64,000 bases of DNA, taken from NCBI GenBank assembly GCA_963846575.1, contig CAWJWJ010000002.1:736001-800000 (forward strand), written 5' to 3'. The DNA comes from an uncultured Nitrospiraceae bacterium. GTDB taxonomy: Bacteria > Nitrospirota > Nitrospiria > Nitrospirales > Nitrospiraceae. Made by a program: the position numbers and the translations under genes. Shown piece after piece: positions 1 through 10,647 of this stretch. The number at the start of each line of letters is the position of its first letter. Within the stretch, counting starts at the first letter, position 1. The notes under the pieces are model-generated. The model was not told the DNA's origin, ran no database searches, and saw only the letters and a list, made by a program, of their open reading frames with translations.

Positions 1-501
1 CTCTATATCCTGACCGAGTTGAAGGACGCTAGCCGGTCGACGCAACGGCAGTGGGAACTCGAACAAGTTATACGGCGCTCGTTTAATTACGAAGCGATGG
101 CTGAGCGCTCCCTGGGAGAGGCTTGGGCCGGACTGACTGCCGCGGAGCGGCGACAGTATGTACGGCTCTTTGTGCAGCTCTTGCGCGATGAGGTCGCCGA
201 CAAGCTGCATGAATACTCTTCAGCGCAGATCGCGTATCTCTCCGAGCAAGGCAATGAGGAATCGACTCAGGTTTTGACTGCGCCCGCCGGTTCGAATATC
301 GATGCGAGAATGGAGTTTCAGGTGGTGCGACGATCCGGAGCGTGGATTATGAATGATTTGATCCATGACGGTGTGAGCATTGTGACAAACTACCGGACAC
401 AGTTCTCGCGCATCTTGAGCGAGGGAACCTTTTCCGATTTGATGGAACATATGAAACAGAAGGCGATCATCGCAAGGGTCACCGAGAAAGTTAATTCCTA
501 A
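1..501 (+). CDS. MlaC/Ttg2D-family periplasmic phospholipid-binding protein, 5'-partial
   Basis: Frame is open from base 1. Motifs FNYEAMAERSLG..W and W...DLIHDGVSIVTNYRTQF are typical of MlaC. Confidence 0.85.
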   Translation, partial: LYILTELKDASRSTQRQWELEQVIRRSFNYEAMAERSLGEAWAGLTAAERRQYVRLFVQLLRDEVADKLHEYSSAQIAYLSEQGNEESTQVLTAPAGSNIDARMEFQVVRRSGAWIMNDLIHDGVSIVTNYRTQFSRILSEGTFSDLMEHMKQKAIIARVTEKVNS

Positions 502-558
502 CTGGCTCCTGGCGCTTAGTCCGTCCCTGGCAGCTCTCTCCTCCTGAATAGATCGGTA

Positions 559-1254
559 TCATGCAGACGTTTTGAACTCCATCAGGCCTTCCTGATGGGC
601 TTTGATTAAAAGATTCTGCCGGTTGGTCACGCCAAATTTGCCGAAGATGGTCGTGAGATGATGTCGCACCGTCGTGTGGCTAATGCTGAGGCGGCCGGCG
701 ATGTCTTTGTTAGACAGTCCTAACCCAATCAAGTGGGTGATCTCACGCTCTCGCTTGGTCAGGGTCTCAGCGGAACGTCTGAGCGAGGAGCCGACAGCGC
801 AGATTCCGAGAGCGGTCCCCTCCCTCCGGTCTGACCCGTTCTGACGGGATCTTATCGTTTTGGCCAGGCTCTGACAGAGGTAATCGATAGTGGCAAGCAG
901 GACCGTCCTCGGCTGATTACTCAACACGATGGCGTCTATTCCTTTTGACAACGCCTCCCACGTGCACGGCGCGTCTTTCATGGCAGTCAGTAAAATTATC
1001 TTCGTTCTGGAAATGGACACATCCAGCTCGGTCGCCCATTTTAGTATATGTCCGTCATTTTCCATATCGAGCATCAGCAGGTGAGGTGCTCGGCGCGCAA
1101 CCAGTTCCTCAGCCTCATCGATGCTTGACGCCTGGCCAATCAGTTCAATCTGCGGGCGATCCTTGATAACGGTCTGTAAGCCGAGCCGTACCAACTGATT
1201 CGCGCTAACGATGGCGGCGGTGATAGAGGCATCTGCACCTCCCGGTCCGATCAT
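559..1254 (-). CDS. LuxR/NarL-family response regulator with atypical receiver
   Basis: C-terminal LTKREREI..LIGLGLSNKDIA..L.IS..TVRHHL HTH. The receiver keeps LMLD but lacks the usual DD pocket and the conserved Lys. Confidence 0.9.
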   Translation of the reverse strand: MIGPGGADASITAAIVSANQLVRLGLQTVIKDRPQIELIGQASSIDEAEELVARRAPHLLMLDMENDGHILKWATELDVSISRTKIILLTAMKDAPCTWEALSKGIDAIVLSNQPRTVLLATIDYLCQSLAKTIRSRQNGSDRREGTALGICAVGSSLRRSAETLTKREREITHLIGLGLSNKDIAGRLSISHTTVRHHLTTIFGKFGVTNRQNLLIKAHQEGLMEFKTSA

Positions 1255-1360
1255 GATTCAAGTTTCCTGATGAAGATGATCATCACAGGTGAGCAAGCTC
1301 GGGCGGATTACACCTAAAAGGAAGCGAGTGATTACCCGGCAATTCGTCAACCCTTCACAA

Positions 1361-1843
1361 TTAGAGCGAGGAGCCCTCCTCCGGGCCTCCCAATCCCTGC
1401 CTCCGGCAATAGTCGTAACAGCTGGAAAGCACCAGATCACCTGAGGGCCGAACTGTTCCACAGACCTGTCCCATAAGCAGGGCCCATTCGGCAACGTGAG
1501 CAGCCAGCATGGTGGGTGCGAGGCCGTGCACCTTAAAGAGGTTCAGCGTCACAGTCGACAGCACGACTTTGAGATAAGAAAGCGAAGGACCGTAACTAAA
1601 AGTATATTCTTGCGGTCCGGCGAAAAGGAGCTGGACTCCGTCTCGTGCCTTCATGCCTCGATGACCACACTGACCGCACTGTAAATACTCAAGACCGGTG
1701 CGTGGGTCATACTGGGCACGGACCTCAGGCGTCATCACGCTGCCGCAGTGAGCGGCGGGGCACAGGGTCCCGAGCTTTTCCATGACGGCTTTCTCCGGTA
1801 TCATCTCGGATGTCCTCCACTGCTGAGTCCATAGAGGGGACAT
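1361..1843 (-). CDS. Hypothetical protein with a putative Zn-ribbon (CPAAHC...CGQC)
   Basis: 160-aa ORF co-oriented with its neighbours, with two Cys pairs. Start codon uncertain. Confidence 0.65.
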   Translation of the reverse strand: MSPLWTQQWRTSEMIPEKAVMEKLGTLCPAAHCGSVMTPEVRAQYDPRTGLEYLQCGQCGHRGMKARDGVQLLFAGPQEYTFSYGPSLSYLKVVLSTVTLNLFKVHGLAPTMLAAHVAEWALLMGQVCGTVRPSGDLVLSSCYDYCRRQGLGGPEEGSSL

Positions 1844-1864
1844 GCCGGCAAGAGCCGGCTCAAG

Positions 1865-2131
1865 TTATCCGTTTGGTCGGCTTTCCAGGGTAAGACGTTC
1901 CGCCTCCAACCAGTCTTGTTCGTGGCAGCCTTCTTGTCCTCCGCGTCGTTGATAGAGTTCATAGGCTAATTTTTCGATGCGTGCCCGCACATCCTGAGTA
2001 CTCGCCCTTCCGTTGGCAGGGTGAGGTGTCAATTCGCTGCGGGATTCCTGTGATGCCGTCATTGGTGTCTTCATGACTGGCCGGCTTGGTGCGGGTTCAC
2101 TATTGCTGGTTTGTCTCCGTCGTTGTGCCAT
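1865..2131 (-). CDS. DUF2934-domain small protein
   Basis: RIEKLAYELYQRRG..EG..EQDWLEAER matches the DUF2934 signature. Confidence 0.85.
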   Translation of the reverse strand: MAQRRRQTSNSEPAPSRPVMKTPMTASQESRSELTPHPANGRASTQDVRARIEKLAYELYQRRGGQEGCHEQDWLEAERLTLESRPNG

Positions 2132-2179
2132 TCCTCAGACCTTTCCTAAGTTGCGAACAATGCTGTGGGGTCGGCTATT

Positions 2180-2590
2180 TTACTGAACCCGTACGCAAGG
2201 CATGCCCAAACTTGCCCGTATCCACTCTTCCACGCGATGCCGCGGGGAGGGCAAGGGTTGCGTCTCGCGGGAGGCTGGCTGTGGCGTGGCTAATGCCGTG
2301 CCCTCTTTGCCCGCGTGAGACAGGCTGAGGACAGAAACCTTTGGGTAGAGGCAATGGAGGGCCCTGATCGCATTGTGTTGCTCGGCGCGCGAGGCGGAAC
2401 TGAGTAGAATGGCCTCGGGCTGAATTTGATTGAGTTCCGCAAGCATGGAATCCAAGTTCCGAACGAGGATTGCATGGTAGCCGCCCGTCGCTAGACAATC
2501 AGCGAGTTTCAGGCCGAGGTGCCACGTCGGGTCGACGATCATCACCCGCGTTCGCTCGGTTTGCTTAACGCTACTCGTACCGACATTCAT
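2180..2590 (-). CDS. Stand-alone pseudo-receiver (CheY-like) protein
   Basis: RVMIVD..L...LA..GY..PEAILLS pattern; Ser sits where the phosphoacceptor Asp is expected. GGAGG upstream. Confidence 0.6.
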   Translation of the reverse strand: MNVGTSSVKQTERTRVMIVDPTWHLGLKLADCLATGGYHAILVRNLDSMLAELNQIQPEAILLSSASRAEQHNAIRALHCLYPKVSVLSLSHAGKEGTALATPQPASRETQPLPSPRHRVEEWIRASLGMPCVRVQ

Positions 2591-2663
2591 CTGGTCATGA
2601 CCTCCTTTGCTGTTATATGCGACGTGTTGTTACCTGTGACGCGTGCGCTAGGCGGGACGTTGT

Positions 2664-2906
2664 CTAGGTCGCTGCCGTTCCACGCTGCAGGGGGCGATGC
2701 TGAGGGGCAGAAGCCAGCGATATCAGATACTGGAAACGAGCATAGGGTTGCAGTCTGATGGCGCCGTTTCTCGACAGGCCGTCGACCGCGGTAAATACCT
2801 GATTCCAGCTATAAGCAGAGAATTTGCGGGCCAATGTTTCCAAGGTGCAGGGCCCCTGTTTTTCCAATTCCTGAGTGATAAGCGAGCGAATGTTGTGCCC
2901 GGTCAT
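2664..2906 (-). CDS. Small hypothetical protein, possible winged-helix fold
   Basis: ATG at 2906 preceded by GGAGGA. Sequence GPCTLETLARK..YSWNQVF.AVD.LSR.G.I.L has a wHTH-like pattern. Confidence 0.65.
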   Translation of the reverse strand: MTGHNIRSLITQELEKQGPCTLETLARKFSAYSWNQVFTAVDGLSRNGAIRLQPYARFQYLISLASAPQHRPLQRGTAAT

Positions 2907-3078
2907 GTCATCCTCCAACGCACCACAAATGGTCTCGGCATCCACGTATGTGTTGTGCCGACTGGCCGCTTGATTTGAACCGAACAGGAGGCCGGATCAC
3001 GGCCGGTCATGCGTGGACTGCAGCGGCCCTGTTATCTGTAGCGAGAAAAGATGGCAAATAACATCGCCTTTTCAGTCG

Positions 3079-3119
3079 TTTGTGCGTCGCCGTTTGGCCG
3101 GTTTTGTCTGTCGACGTTT
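3079..3119. repeat. Imperfect 17-bp direct repeat (24-bp period), candidate regulator binding sites
   Basis: TTTGTGCGTCGCCGTTT (3079-3095) and TTTGTCTGTCGACGTTT (3103-3119), 14/17 identical, intergenic. Confidence 0.5.
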
Positions 3120-3187
3120 ATGCTACGAAGAGTGCTGTCCGCGAGGATGATGATGTGAGAATCGGGATGTGAGAAGTGGGAACGACG

Positions 3188-3832
3188 TCACTTGACGAGG
3201 CGGTTTACAAGACGATGTTCGATCGCGTAGTGCGTTAATTCCGTATTATTCTTGAGCAGCATTTTTTCGAGGATACGGGCTCGATAGGTATTCACGGTAC
3301 TAATGCTGACACGCAAATCATCGGCAATCTCCTTCAGACTCTTGCCGACGGCAATCAAGCACATGACCTGATACTCGCGGTCTGATAGTTGTTCATGTAG
3401 GGGTTTCTCGGTGTCGTTCTCGAGGTTGAGGGCTAATAATTCAGCCACCGATGCACTCACGAACTTACCTCCGCTGAGAATTTTTCGGATGGCTTGCACC
3501 AGGACATTCGGCGCACTGTCTTTGGTGAGATAGCCGGAGGCGCCGGCTTTTAACATACGCAGCGCGAGCTGATCCTCGGGATAGGCGCTGAGCACAAGGA
3601 CGGGAAGTTTTGGGCAGAGTTGCTTGAGTTCCTTGAGCGCATCGAGGCCGCTTTTCCCCGGCATGCCGACATCGAGCACTACGATGTTCCAGCTGGTTTC
3701 TTGGACCAGCGCGAGCATCTCCTCGGCATGTTGAGCCTCGCCAACCAGGGCACCCGGAAATTGTTCGCTGAGAATCTGTTTGACGCCGTGCCGTACGACT
3801 GCGTGATCATCGACGACCAACATCCTCGTCAT
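3188..3832 (-). CDS. NarL/UvrY-family DNA-binding response regulator
   Basis: Intact receiver (VVDDH, VVLDVGMPG, GYLTK) plus LSDREYQV LuxR HTH. Confidence 0.95.
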   Translation of the reverse strand: MTRMLVVDDHAVVRHGVKQILSEQFPGALVGEAQHAEEMLALVQETSWNIVVLDVGMPGKSGLDALKELKQLCPKLPVLVLSAYPEDQLALRMLKAGASGYLTKDSAPNVLVQAIRKILSGGKFVSASVAELLALNLENDTEKPLHEQLSDREYQVMCLIAVGKSLKEIADDLRVSISTVNTYRARILEKMLLKNNTELTHYAIEHRLVNRLVK

Positions 3833-4044
3833 GATCGGCTCCTATCGCATGGCTTCTGCCTGAAATAAATGGGGTTCTGCGAGGGACGGTCTGCCTCCTC
3901 CCCGATGTGTTGCACTCGTCGCATCGAGTCAGGGCGTAACAGAAGTAGCAAGGTGGTACAGGTAGGGAGCTCGGGCATATCGGCGGCCCACCGGTGCAAG
4001 GGCCTCTCAATTCATTGGATGCTCTGAGATACTCTAAGCGATAT

Positions 4045-7035
4045 TTACGCCAGGGGCAACCATACCTTTACCACAGTTCCATGTCCGGGTTCTCCCGTGA
4101 GAGTGATCTCCCCTCCCAAAAGCAGAGCCCGTTCGCGCATCCCCACCAGGCCAAGAGACGTCGGATCCGATAGCTCGGCGTTGCTTGCACCGCGTCCGTT
4201 ATCGCGCACCTCCAGCACCAGACCGCCCGCCTGCTCTTGCAGCGTGATCGTGACCGCGGTGGCCTGCGCATGTCGAGCCACGTTCGTCAGAATTTCTTGG
4301 AAGATGCGGAACATCGCGGTCGATTCGGAGTGAGTCAAGTTCACGGTTCGGAGATAGATATCTAGCGTGCACTGAATGCCCGTGCGGGCCTGAAATTCGT
4401 GGGCCTGCCACTCAATAGCCGGGATCAAGCCTAATTGATCCAGCACAATGGGGCGAAGCTCTGTGGCGATTCTCTGTACGGATTGAATGGTGGTATCGAT
4501 GAGGGCCACGATTGACTCCAGCTTGGACGTCACCGGCGAGCTGTTCTCCGGCAACTGGTCCCGCAAAAGCGACAGCTCGAGCTTGACCCCCGTCAATTGC
4601 TGCCCTAGTTCGTCATGGATTTCGCGCGCGATGCGGATGCGTTCCTCTTCTCGAACGGATTCCAGCCGGGCGGTCAGCTTTCTCAGACGGTCATGGGAAA
4701 GGGTCAGTTGCTGTTCTGCCCGTTTCCGTTCGGTAACATCAAGGAAGACGACAACGGCTCCAATGATCCGATCCTGTTCTCGAACGGGAAAGGATGAGTA
4801 TTCGACGGGAAGCGCGGTGCCATCCGCCCGCCAATAGACTTCATAATCGATTTGTTTTCCCTTTCCGCTGTTGAGCGTCTCATGGATATGACAGCATTCC
4901 CCGGGATAGGGCGTGCCATCCTGAAAGGAATGATGGATGAGCTCGTGCAGGTCTCTGCCTAACAGGTCGTCCAATGTATACCCGAGCATGCGGGCCGCGG
5001 CTGTATTGATGAATGTGCAACGTCCGTCTTGGTCTATGCCATAAATCCCTTCTCCCGTGGACTCAAGGAGCAGAAGACGGTCCTTGGCCAGTCGATGTCG
5101 TTCTTCGTCCACGCGTTTCCGATCGGTAATATCGGTGGCAATGCCGCAGAGGGCGTAACAATGGCCTGTTGCGTTGAGCAAGGGAAATTTTACGACCAGG
5201 CATGTATGGAGTTCGTCGTCATAGAGGACGGTTTCCTCAAACTCCAACGGCACGCCGGCCGCCAAGACCTTGCGGTCATTGGTGCGAAATGCGAGGGCTT
5301 GATCAGACTGGAAGACGTCCTGGTCGGTTTTCCCAATGAGAAGCCGATTCGGCAGGTGGAATGCGGTCTCGAACCGTCGGTTGACCTGAAGATAGCGACC
5401 CTCGACGTCTTTGATGAAAATGAAGGCCGGGCTGTTGTCCATGATCGCCCTGAACCGTTCCTCGCTTTCGCGTAAGGCCGCTTCCGCCCGCGTGCGTTCG
5501 CTGATGTCGCGAATGATCCCCGTGATAAACACGGTTGACTTGGCGGTCCAGGCCGCCAGACTGAACTCCAACGGGAACTCGGTACCGTCCCGCCGCAAGC
5601 CCACCAGTTTGAACATGTCAGCCTGCACGGTCAACCGTCCGGCGGCGGCGACCCGTTCGACTCCTCGTTGGTGAGCCTCGCGGAATCGTTGCGGCACGAT
5701 GCGGGCAACCGGATGGCCCACCATTTCCTCGGACGTGTAACCGAATGTTTTTTCTGCGCCCTTATTCCAAAAGGCTACCTTTCCCTGGGTATCCATCAGA
5801 ATGATCGCATCGCCAGTCGATTGGACGATGGAGCGTAATCGTTCTTCACTTTCCTGCCTCGCCTCCTCGGCACGTTTGCGTTCGGTGATGTCCCGTGCCA
5901 CGGCTTGGAACCCGACGACTCTGTTCTCCTCAAGAAGGACTTGCACATTCTGGCCGATCCAGACTTCGCTCCCGTCCTTTGCAAGGGACAGAAATTCATA
6001 GTAGGTGCTTGCCCGTCGCCGGACGAACTGCCGGGCGTAGAACCGCTCGGCCGCCGGCTGATGCTCGGGATGGATCAACTCGATGAAGCGGCGTCCTAGC
6101 AACTCCTGCTCGGAATACTTCATGATTCGGGTGGCGACGGGATTCACGAACGTAAACCGCCCCATGGCGTCGGTTCGATAGATGATGTCATTCGCTTTTG
6201 TCACCAAGAGCCGGTACCGCTCTTGGCTTTCCCGCAGCGCTTCATCGGTCCGCTTTGCCCCGGTAATGTCCCGAAAGACCGCTACGCCTCCCTTCAACTG
6301 GCCGGTTTCATCCCGCAGTGGTCGTGCGTTGACACTGAGCCATGCTCCGTCCGGTTGATCGGGCCTGCGGAGAAATAGCAGCACGTTGGTGACCGATTCG
6401 CCACGAACTGCCCTCGCCAGGGGCAGGTCATCGGGCGGGTAGGGTGTCACCTTGTCCAAGAGATAGAGACGATGACCCTCGGACCGGCCGTCGGTCCCGG
6501 CACCCGTGGGACCAGCTTGCATGATGCGTTCAGCGGCGGGATTCCAGACTTGGAACGAGCCGGTTTCGTCGGCCATCACCACAGCATCGGCCATGCTGTG
6601 GAGTACGGATTGAAGCAGCCGGCTTTTTTCCCGTAACTCTGTCTCGAGCCTGGTCCGCTCCATCGCATATGTGAGCGCGCGAGTTAACAGGGGAGCGGTG
6701 ACTTGCCCTTTGACAAGGTAGTCCTGAGCTCCCGCCTGGATCAGCCGCAGACCTAACTCCTCATCTTCCAGACCGGTCATGAGCACGATAGGCGTACCCA
6801 TGGCCGCCTCACGCGTGCGGGCCAGCGTCTGAGCCCCCTGGCTGTCGGGCAGCGAAAGATCCAACAGAATCACATCGACCGGGGTCTGCTTCAGAAATTG
6901 GATGCCGGCCTCAAGCCGGTCCACGTGGGTAAGCGTGAAGCGTCCTGCGCCGGTTTCTGCCAGAAGTTCCCTCAGCAGACGGGCATCGCCGGGATGGTCT
7001 TCTACCAACAGGATATGAATGGGATGGGTGATCAC
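4045..7035 (-). CDS. Hybrid sensor kinase: REC + 5 PAS/PAC + HisKA_3/HATPase
   Basis: N-terminal [17 protein letters not shown] receiver, repeated PAC motifs (RDITE), [16 protein letters not shown]-box and DNGRG. Confidence 0.95.
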   Translation of the reverse strand: MITHPIHILLVEDHPGDARLLRELLAETGAGRFTLTHVDRLEAGIQFLKQTPVDVILLDLSLPDSQGAQTLARTREAAMGTPIVLMTGLEDEELGLRLIQAGAQDYLVKGQVTAPLLTRALTYAMERTRLETELREKSRLLQSVLHSMADAVVMADETGSFQVWNPAAERIMQAGPTGAGTDGRSEGHRLYLLDKVTPYPPDDLPLARAVRGESVTNVLLFLRRPDQPDGAWLSVNARPLRDETGQLKGGVAVFRDITGAKRTDEALRESQERYRLLVTKANDIIYRTDAMGRFTFVNPVATRIMKYSEQELLGRRFIELIHPEHQPAAERFYARQFVRRRASTYYEFLSLAKDGSEVWIGQNVQVLLEENRVVGFQAVARDITERKRAEEARQESEERLRSIVQSTGDAIILMDTQGKVAFWNKGAEKTFGYTSEEMVGHPVARIVPQRFREAHQRGVERVAAAGRLTVQADMFKLVGLRRDGTEFPLEFSLAAWTAKSTVFITGIIRDISERTRAEAALRESEERFRAIMDNSPAFIFIKDVEGRYLQVNRRFETAFHLPNRLLIGKTDQDVFQSDQALAFRTNDRKVLAAGVPLEFEETVLYDDELHTCLVVKFPLLNATGHCYALCGIATDITDRKRVDEERHRLAKDRLLLLESTGEGIYGIDQDGRCTFINTAAARMLGYTLDDLLGRDLHELIHHSFQDGTPYPGECCHIHETLNSGKGKQIDYEVYWRADGTALPVEYSSFPVREQDRIIGAVVVFLDVTERKRAEQQLTLSHDRLRKLTARLESVREEERIRIAREIHDELGQQLTGVKLELSLLRDQLPENSSPVTSKLESIVALIDTTIQSVQRIATELRPIVLDQLGLIPAIEWQAHEFQARTGIQCTLDIYLRTVNLTHSESTAMFRIFQEILTNVARHAQATAVTITLQEQAGGLVLEVRDNGRGASNAELSDPTSLGLVGMRERALLLGGEITLTGEPGHGTVVKVWLPLA

Positions 7036-7496
7036 CTGTTTCCGCGTTGCTCCGGGACTGGTAACACGACGATGCCAAGCCAGAAGTCCTCAATGGATCG
7101 AACGACCTTGATAAATTGGTCTAGGTCCACGGGTTTCGTGATGTAGCAATTCGCGTGAAGGTTATAACTTTTCAAGACATCCTGCTCATCCTGTGACGTC
7201 GTGAGCACGACCACCGGGATGCGTTTCAAGCTATCGTCGGACTTGATATCGGCAAGCACTTCCCGGCCATCCTTTTTGGGAAGGTTCAGGTCGAGCACGA
7301 TGAGGTGGGGGCGTGGCGCACCGGCATGTTGTCCTTGCCGGCGAAGGAAGGCCAACGCCTCCACGCCGTCCTTGAGCACCGTCAGATGGTTGATGACCTT
7401 CGCTTCTTTCAAGGCTTCGATGGTCAGGCGTACGTCACCGGGGTTGTCTTCCACTAAAAGAATCTCAATCGGTTTGACTAATTCTGGGGGGACCAT
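7032..7496 (-). CDS. Rcp1-type single-domain response regulator
   Basis: [44 protein letters not shown] at 7496 with AAGGAG RBS; the longer ORF-track start is rejected. Confidence 0.93.
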   Translation of the reverse strand: MVPPELVKPIEILLVEDNPGDVRLTIEALKEAKVINHLTVLKDGVEALAFLRRQGQHAGAPRPHLIVLDLNLPKKDGREVLADIKSDDSLKRIPVVVLTTSQDEQDVLKSYNLHANCYITKPVDLDQFIKVVRSIEDFWLGIVVLPVPEQRGNR

Positions 7497-7527
7497 GAGA
7501 TAGCTCCTTTGCCCTATTAAGGTGACT

Positions 7528-9339
7528 TCACACCGACCCTGCAAGCTTCGTACGAATCGGTGGCGCGGGGTCCGTGGGCTGTTCCGGATGTGATGGCTCG
7601 GGGGAGTGATCCGGGATGGTGAAATAAAATGTGGCGCCTTTGCCGAGTTCGGACTCCACCCACATGCGCCCGCCATGGCGCTCGACGATCTTCTTGCAAA
7701 TCGCCAAGCCGATGCCGGTTCCGGGATATTCGTCTCTCGAGTGTAGCCGCTGAAAAATGACAAAGATACGATCGGCATACTGGGGATCGAGCCCGATGCC
7801 CTGATCCCGTATCCCCAACACCCACTCGTCATGACCTCGTGTGCTCGAAATGTGGATTCGAGGTTGAGGACTGCTGAATTTGATCGCATTACTCAACAGA
7901 TTTTGGAACAGTTGGGCCAACTGTTTTTCATCGCCCATGACAGTGGGTAACGGGTCATGCGTGATCACAGCCTCGCTTTCCTTGATGGCGTTTCCCAGGT
8001 TGACCAGCGCATAACTGAGTGACGTCTGCGCGGAGATAGGCGCAAATGAGCGTGCCTCCCGGCTGATCCGTGAATAGGCGAGGAGATCTTGTATAAGTTT
8101 TTGCATGCGGTTGGCGCCGTCCACCGCATAGGCGATGAACTCAGACGCGTCGGAGTCCAATTTTCCTGCATAGCGTTTAGCCAATAGCTGGGTGTAACTA
8201 CTGACCATTCGCAGGGGTTCTTGCAAGTCATGGGATGCCACATAGGCGAATTGCTGGAGGTCGGCGTTGGAGCGGGCGAGTTCAGCCACAGATTGCTGCA
8301 GCTCCTGGCGCGTGGTGATCAGGTGATTCCGTTCGCGTCCCAATCTCCAGGATACCCAGATACCGTAGCCGGTCAGAGGAAGCACAACGAGCAATCCGAT
8401 CCCGCCCACCATCCATATAAGTCGATTGACGGGTGCATAGATCTGGTCGTGGTCCAAGCGGAATAGAACGATCCAGTCGAATCCCGGAAAGTCCTTGTAC
8501 CCTTGGGTGTGGGCGTAGCCGGTAACCACGGACTTTCCATTCCGGTTATGGATTTCCTCCACGAAGCCTGGCTGATACGGGTTGGCGATGGCTCTGGCTT
8601 GCGAAGGCAGCGCTAACTTAAAGGATGCCTTGTTCGTGTCTCGTTCAAGGTGTTTCTCGGTGATGACCTCTCCTGCAGGCGTAAGTAGCAACCAGTCATA
8701 GGTTTCCGCTCCGTATCGCAACTTGCCTTCCTGTTCAAAAATCGGCCGAAGATTCTGAATGGGCACCCGAGTGACCACCGTCCCACGAAATTCTTTCTGC
8801 GCTCCATACACCGGCGCCATAAATGTCACGGACTGACTCCCCTGTGGTCCGGAGGAAGGGGAGACATCTTCCAAGTGAACCAGTCCACTGCTTTGTACCG
8901 ATTGCACAGAGACCGGGTTCAAGGCCTGAATATCCGGCGGCGGCGGTTGATCGGTGCTTGCGATCAGTCGCCCGCTTGCGTCGGTGACACCTATCCAGGA
9001 GTAATACCAATAGAGTTGTTTGAACCGTAGCAGTCGGGCAGTCTTCACTTCGGGTGTGCCCTCAAGGAGTATTCCGTCATTTGCAAACCATTGGATATCG
9101 CCGAACCGTTCATACAACACCCGATCAATGCCATTAGCGACAGCCGAGGCATTCATGGCCAAGTCGGTCCCCCGTTCGGAGACCAACACTGTGCGCAAGA
9201 ATAGTAGGGCGTAGAGGCCTAGAGCTGCGGCGATGACAAAACATAGCGAGAGGACCAAGGGAAGGGTCCCCTCCATCCCCGTTTTTTTATTGCCAGAATA
9301 GGCCCCTGAAACAGGCGTGTTGTGAACAGCAGTCTTCAT
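7528..9339 (-). CDS. Membrane sensor histidine kinase with Cache-like periplasmic domain and Cph1-type transmitter
   Basis: Two TM helices flank a periplasmic region. [15 protein letters not shown]-box, NAIKF, DQGIG, GTGIGLA. Confidence 0.93.
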   Translation of the reverse strand: MKTAVHNTPVSGAYSGNKKTGMEGTLPLVLSLCFVIAAALGLYALLFLRTVLVSERGTDLAMNASAVANGIDRVLYERFGDIQWFANDGILLEGTPEVKTARLLRFKQLYWYYSWIGVTDASGRLIASTDQPPPPDIQALNPVSVQSVQSSGLVHLEDVSPSSGPQGSQSVTFMAPVYGAQKEFRGTVVTRVPIQNLRPIFEQEGKLRYGAETYDWLLLTPAGEVITEKHLERDTNKASFKLALPSQARAIANPYQPGFVEEIHNRNGKSVVTGYAHTQGYKDFPGFDWIVLFRLDHDQIYAPVNRLIWMVGGIGLLVVLPLTGYGIWVSWRLGRERNHLITTRQELQQSVAELARSNADLQQFAYVASHDLQEPLRMVSSYTQLLAKRYAGKLDSDASEFIAYAVDGANRMQKLIQDLLAYSRISREARSFAPISAQTSLSYALVNLGNAIKESEAVITHDPLPTVMGDEKQLAQLFQNLLSNAIKFSSPQPRIHISSTRGHDEWVLGIRDQGIGLDPQYADRIFVIFQRLHSRDEYPGTGIGLAICKKIVERHGGRMWVESELGKGATFYFTIPDHSPEPSHPEQPTDPAPPIRTKLAGSV

Positions 9340-9558
9340 AAAACAGGCTGTACTTCAAAGTTTCGAAGGCGCGATATCATAACTCGTTCTCATGGAGAGT
9401 TTCATCTGTGAGCGTCGCAGGAGGATCGTCATTCGTGGCGTGGTCGTTGTGCGCCGGGGCCAGCCCTCATGCTCAGAGAGTGACGATGCGAGCGTGGGGT
9501 TGACTCCCAGTGTAGCCGCCGCGTACGGTCTGATCAGACATAAAATACGGCTATTTGC

Positions 9559-9975
9559 ATGCTGACCATCTCCACACACGTGACCATTCCTGACGATGAG
9601 ATCGACATCACCGCCGTTCGTGCTCAGGGGGCAGGCGGGCAACACGTCAACAAAGTGTCCTCAGCGATTCACTTGCGGTTTGATATCGCCGGTTCGTCGC
9701 TGCCGCCCTTCTACAAGGAGCGGCTTATGGCTTTGCGGGACCATCGCGTCACCCGTGAAGGCGTGATTATCATCAAAGCGCAGGATTCACGAAGCCAAGA
9801 GCGCAACCGTTCCCTCGCTCTTGACCGGCTGCGGGAGTTGATTCAGGCGGCAGCGGCACCGCGCACCCCACGTCGTCCCACGAAGCCGACGAAAGGATCA
9901 GCTCAGCGGAGATTACAGAGTAAAACCAAGCGTGCGCGGCTCAAGGCGTTGCGCGGGAAGCTCGCGGAGGATTGA
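9559..9975 (+). CDS. arfB: Alternative ribosome rescue peptidyl-tRNA hydrolase ArfB (YaeJ)
   Basis: GAGGQHVNKV motif, RSQERNR and a basic C-terminal tail. Confidence 0.95.
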   Translation: MLTISTHVTIPDDEIDITAVRAQGAGGQHVNKVSSAIHLRFDIAGSSLPPFYKERLMALRDHRVTREGVIIIKAQDSRSQERNRSLALDRLRELIQAAAAPRTPRRPTKPTKGSAQRRLQSKTKRARLKALRGKLAED

Positions 9976-9991
9976 AGCATAAGGGTAAAAC

Positions 9992-10027
9992 AAAAAAGAA
10001 GGGGCGCCTCATGCGAGGCGCCCCTTC
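9992..10027 (-). terminator. Intrinsic terminator of the RRM gene
   Basis: Perfect 13-bp stem GAAGGGGCGCCTC/GAGGCGCCCCTTC with a 4-nt loop, next to A6 (U-tract on the minus strand). Confidence 0.9.
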
Positions 10028-10053
10028 AGAGACAAGACGAATCTTGAATCGAC

Positions 10054-10377
10054 TTAGAAGCGGTTGCGGCCGCCGCGGTTTTCGCCGCCGCCAAACCGAC
10101 CACCGCCACCGCCGCCACCGGAACGAGCTTCCTGGGGCTTCGCCTCGTTCACGGTGAGCTGCCGGCCATCCATGTCCGAGCCGTTCAAGGCCGTGATGGC
10201 TGCCTTTGCTTCTTCCGCGGTGGACATTTCGACGAAGCCGAAGCCTCGCGATTGTCCGGTAAACTTGTCCGTGATCACGCGTGCCGACTCAACGGTGCCG
10301 TGGGTCGAAAACAAGTTGCTCAGTTGTGACTCAGTAGCTGCATACGGCAATCCGCCGACGTACAATTTAGTACCCAT
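10054..10377 (-). CDS. RRM (RNP-1) RNA-binding protein with Gly-rich tail
   Basis: KLYVGGL (RNP2) and RGFGFVEM (RNP1). ATG at 10377 with AAGGAG RBS. Confidence 0.95.
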   Translation of the reverse strand: MGTKLYVGGLPYAATESQLSNLFSTHGTVESARVITDKFTGQSRGFGFVEMSTAEEAKAAITALNGSDMDGRQLTVNEAKPQEARSGGGGGGGRFGGGENRGGRNRF

Positions 10378-10647
10378 GGGGGTCTCTCCTTTTGAATGAT
10401 GACATTGTCGGCGACGCGAGAACAGACATATGAGGGGATGAGCTGGCCGAAGACGCAATCATTGAGGCGGCTTGGGTCTGACTTCCGATCAACTTCTCGG
10501 TAACAAACAACATCGGTGATGGGCCATCTAAAAACATGTTTCTCATGCGGCCCGTCATGAGATTACTGCGCATCCTAGCAGAAGAGGTTTGAGAATACTA
10601 TCTCTTTATTGAGCAAGTAAAAAAAATCGGTTGGCTTCCGGCTGCCA

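Noticed and set aside
3829..4010. Short Cys-containing ORFs between the hybrid kinase and NarL
   Set aside because: No convincing RBS or recognisable motif; cannot be supported.
7497..7889. Long N-terminal extension of Rcp1 in the ORF track
   Set aside because: It overlaps the kinase gene in another frame; the ATG at 7496 has a good RBS.
10070..10120. CCGCCA-type short repeats
   Set aside because: They encode the Gly-rich tail of the RRM protein.
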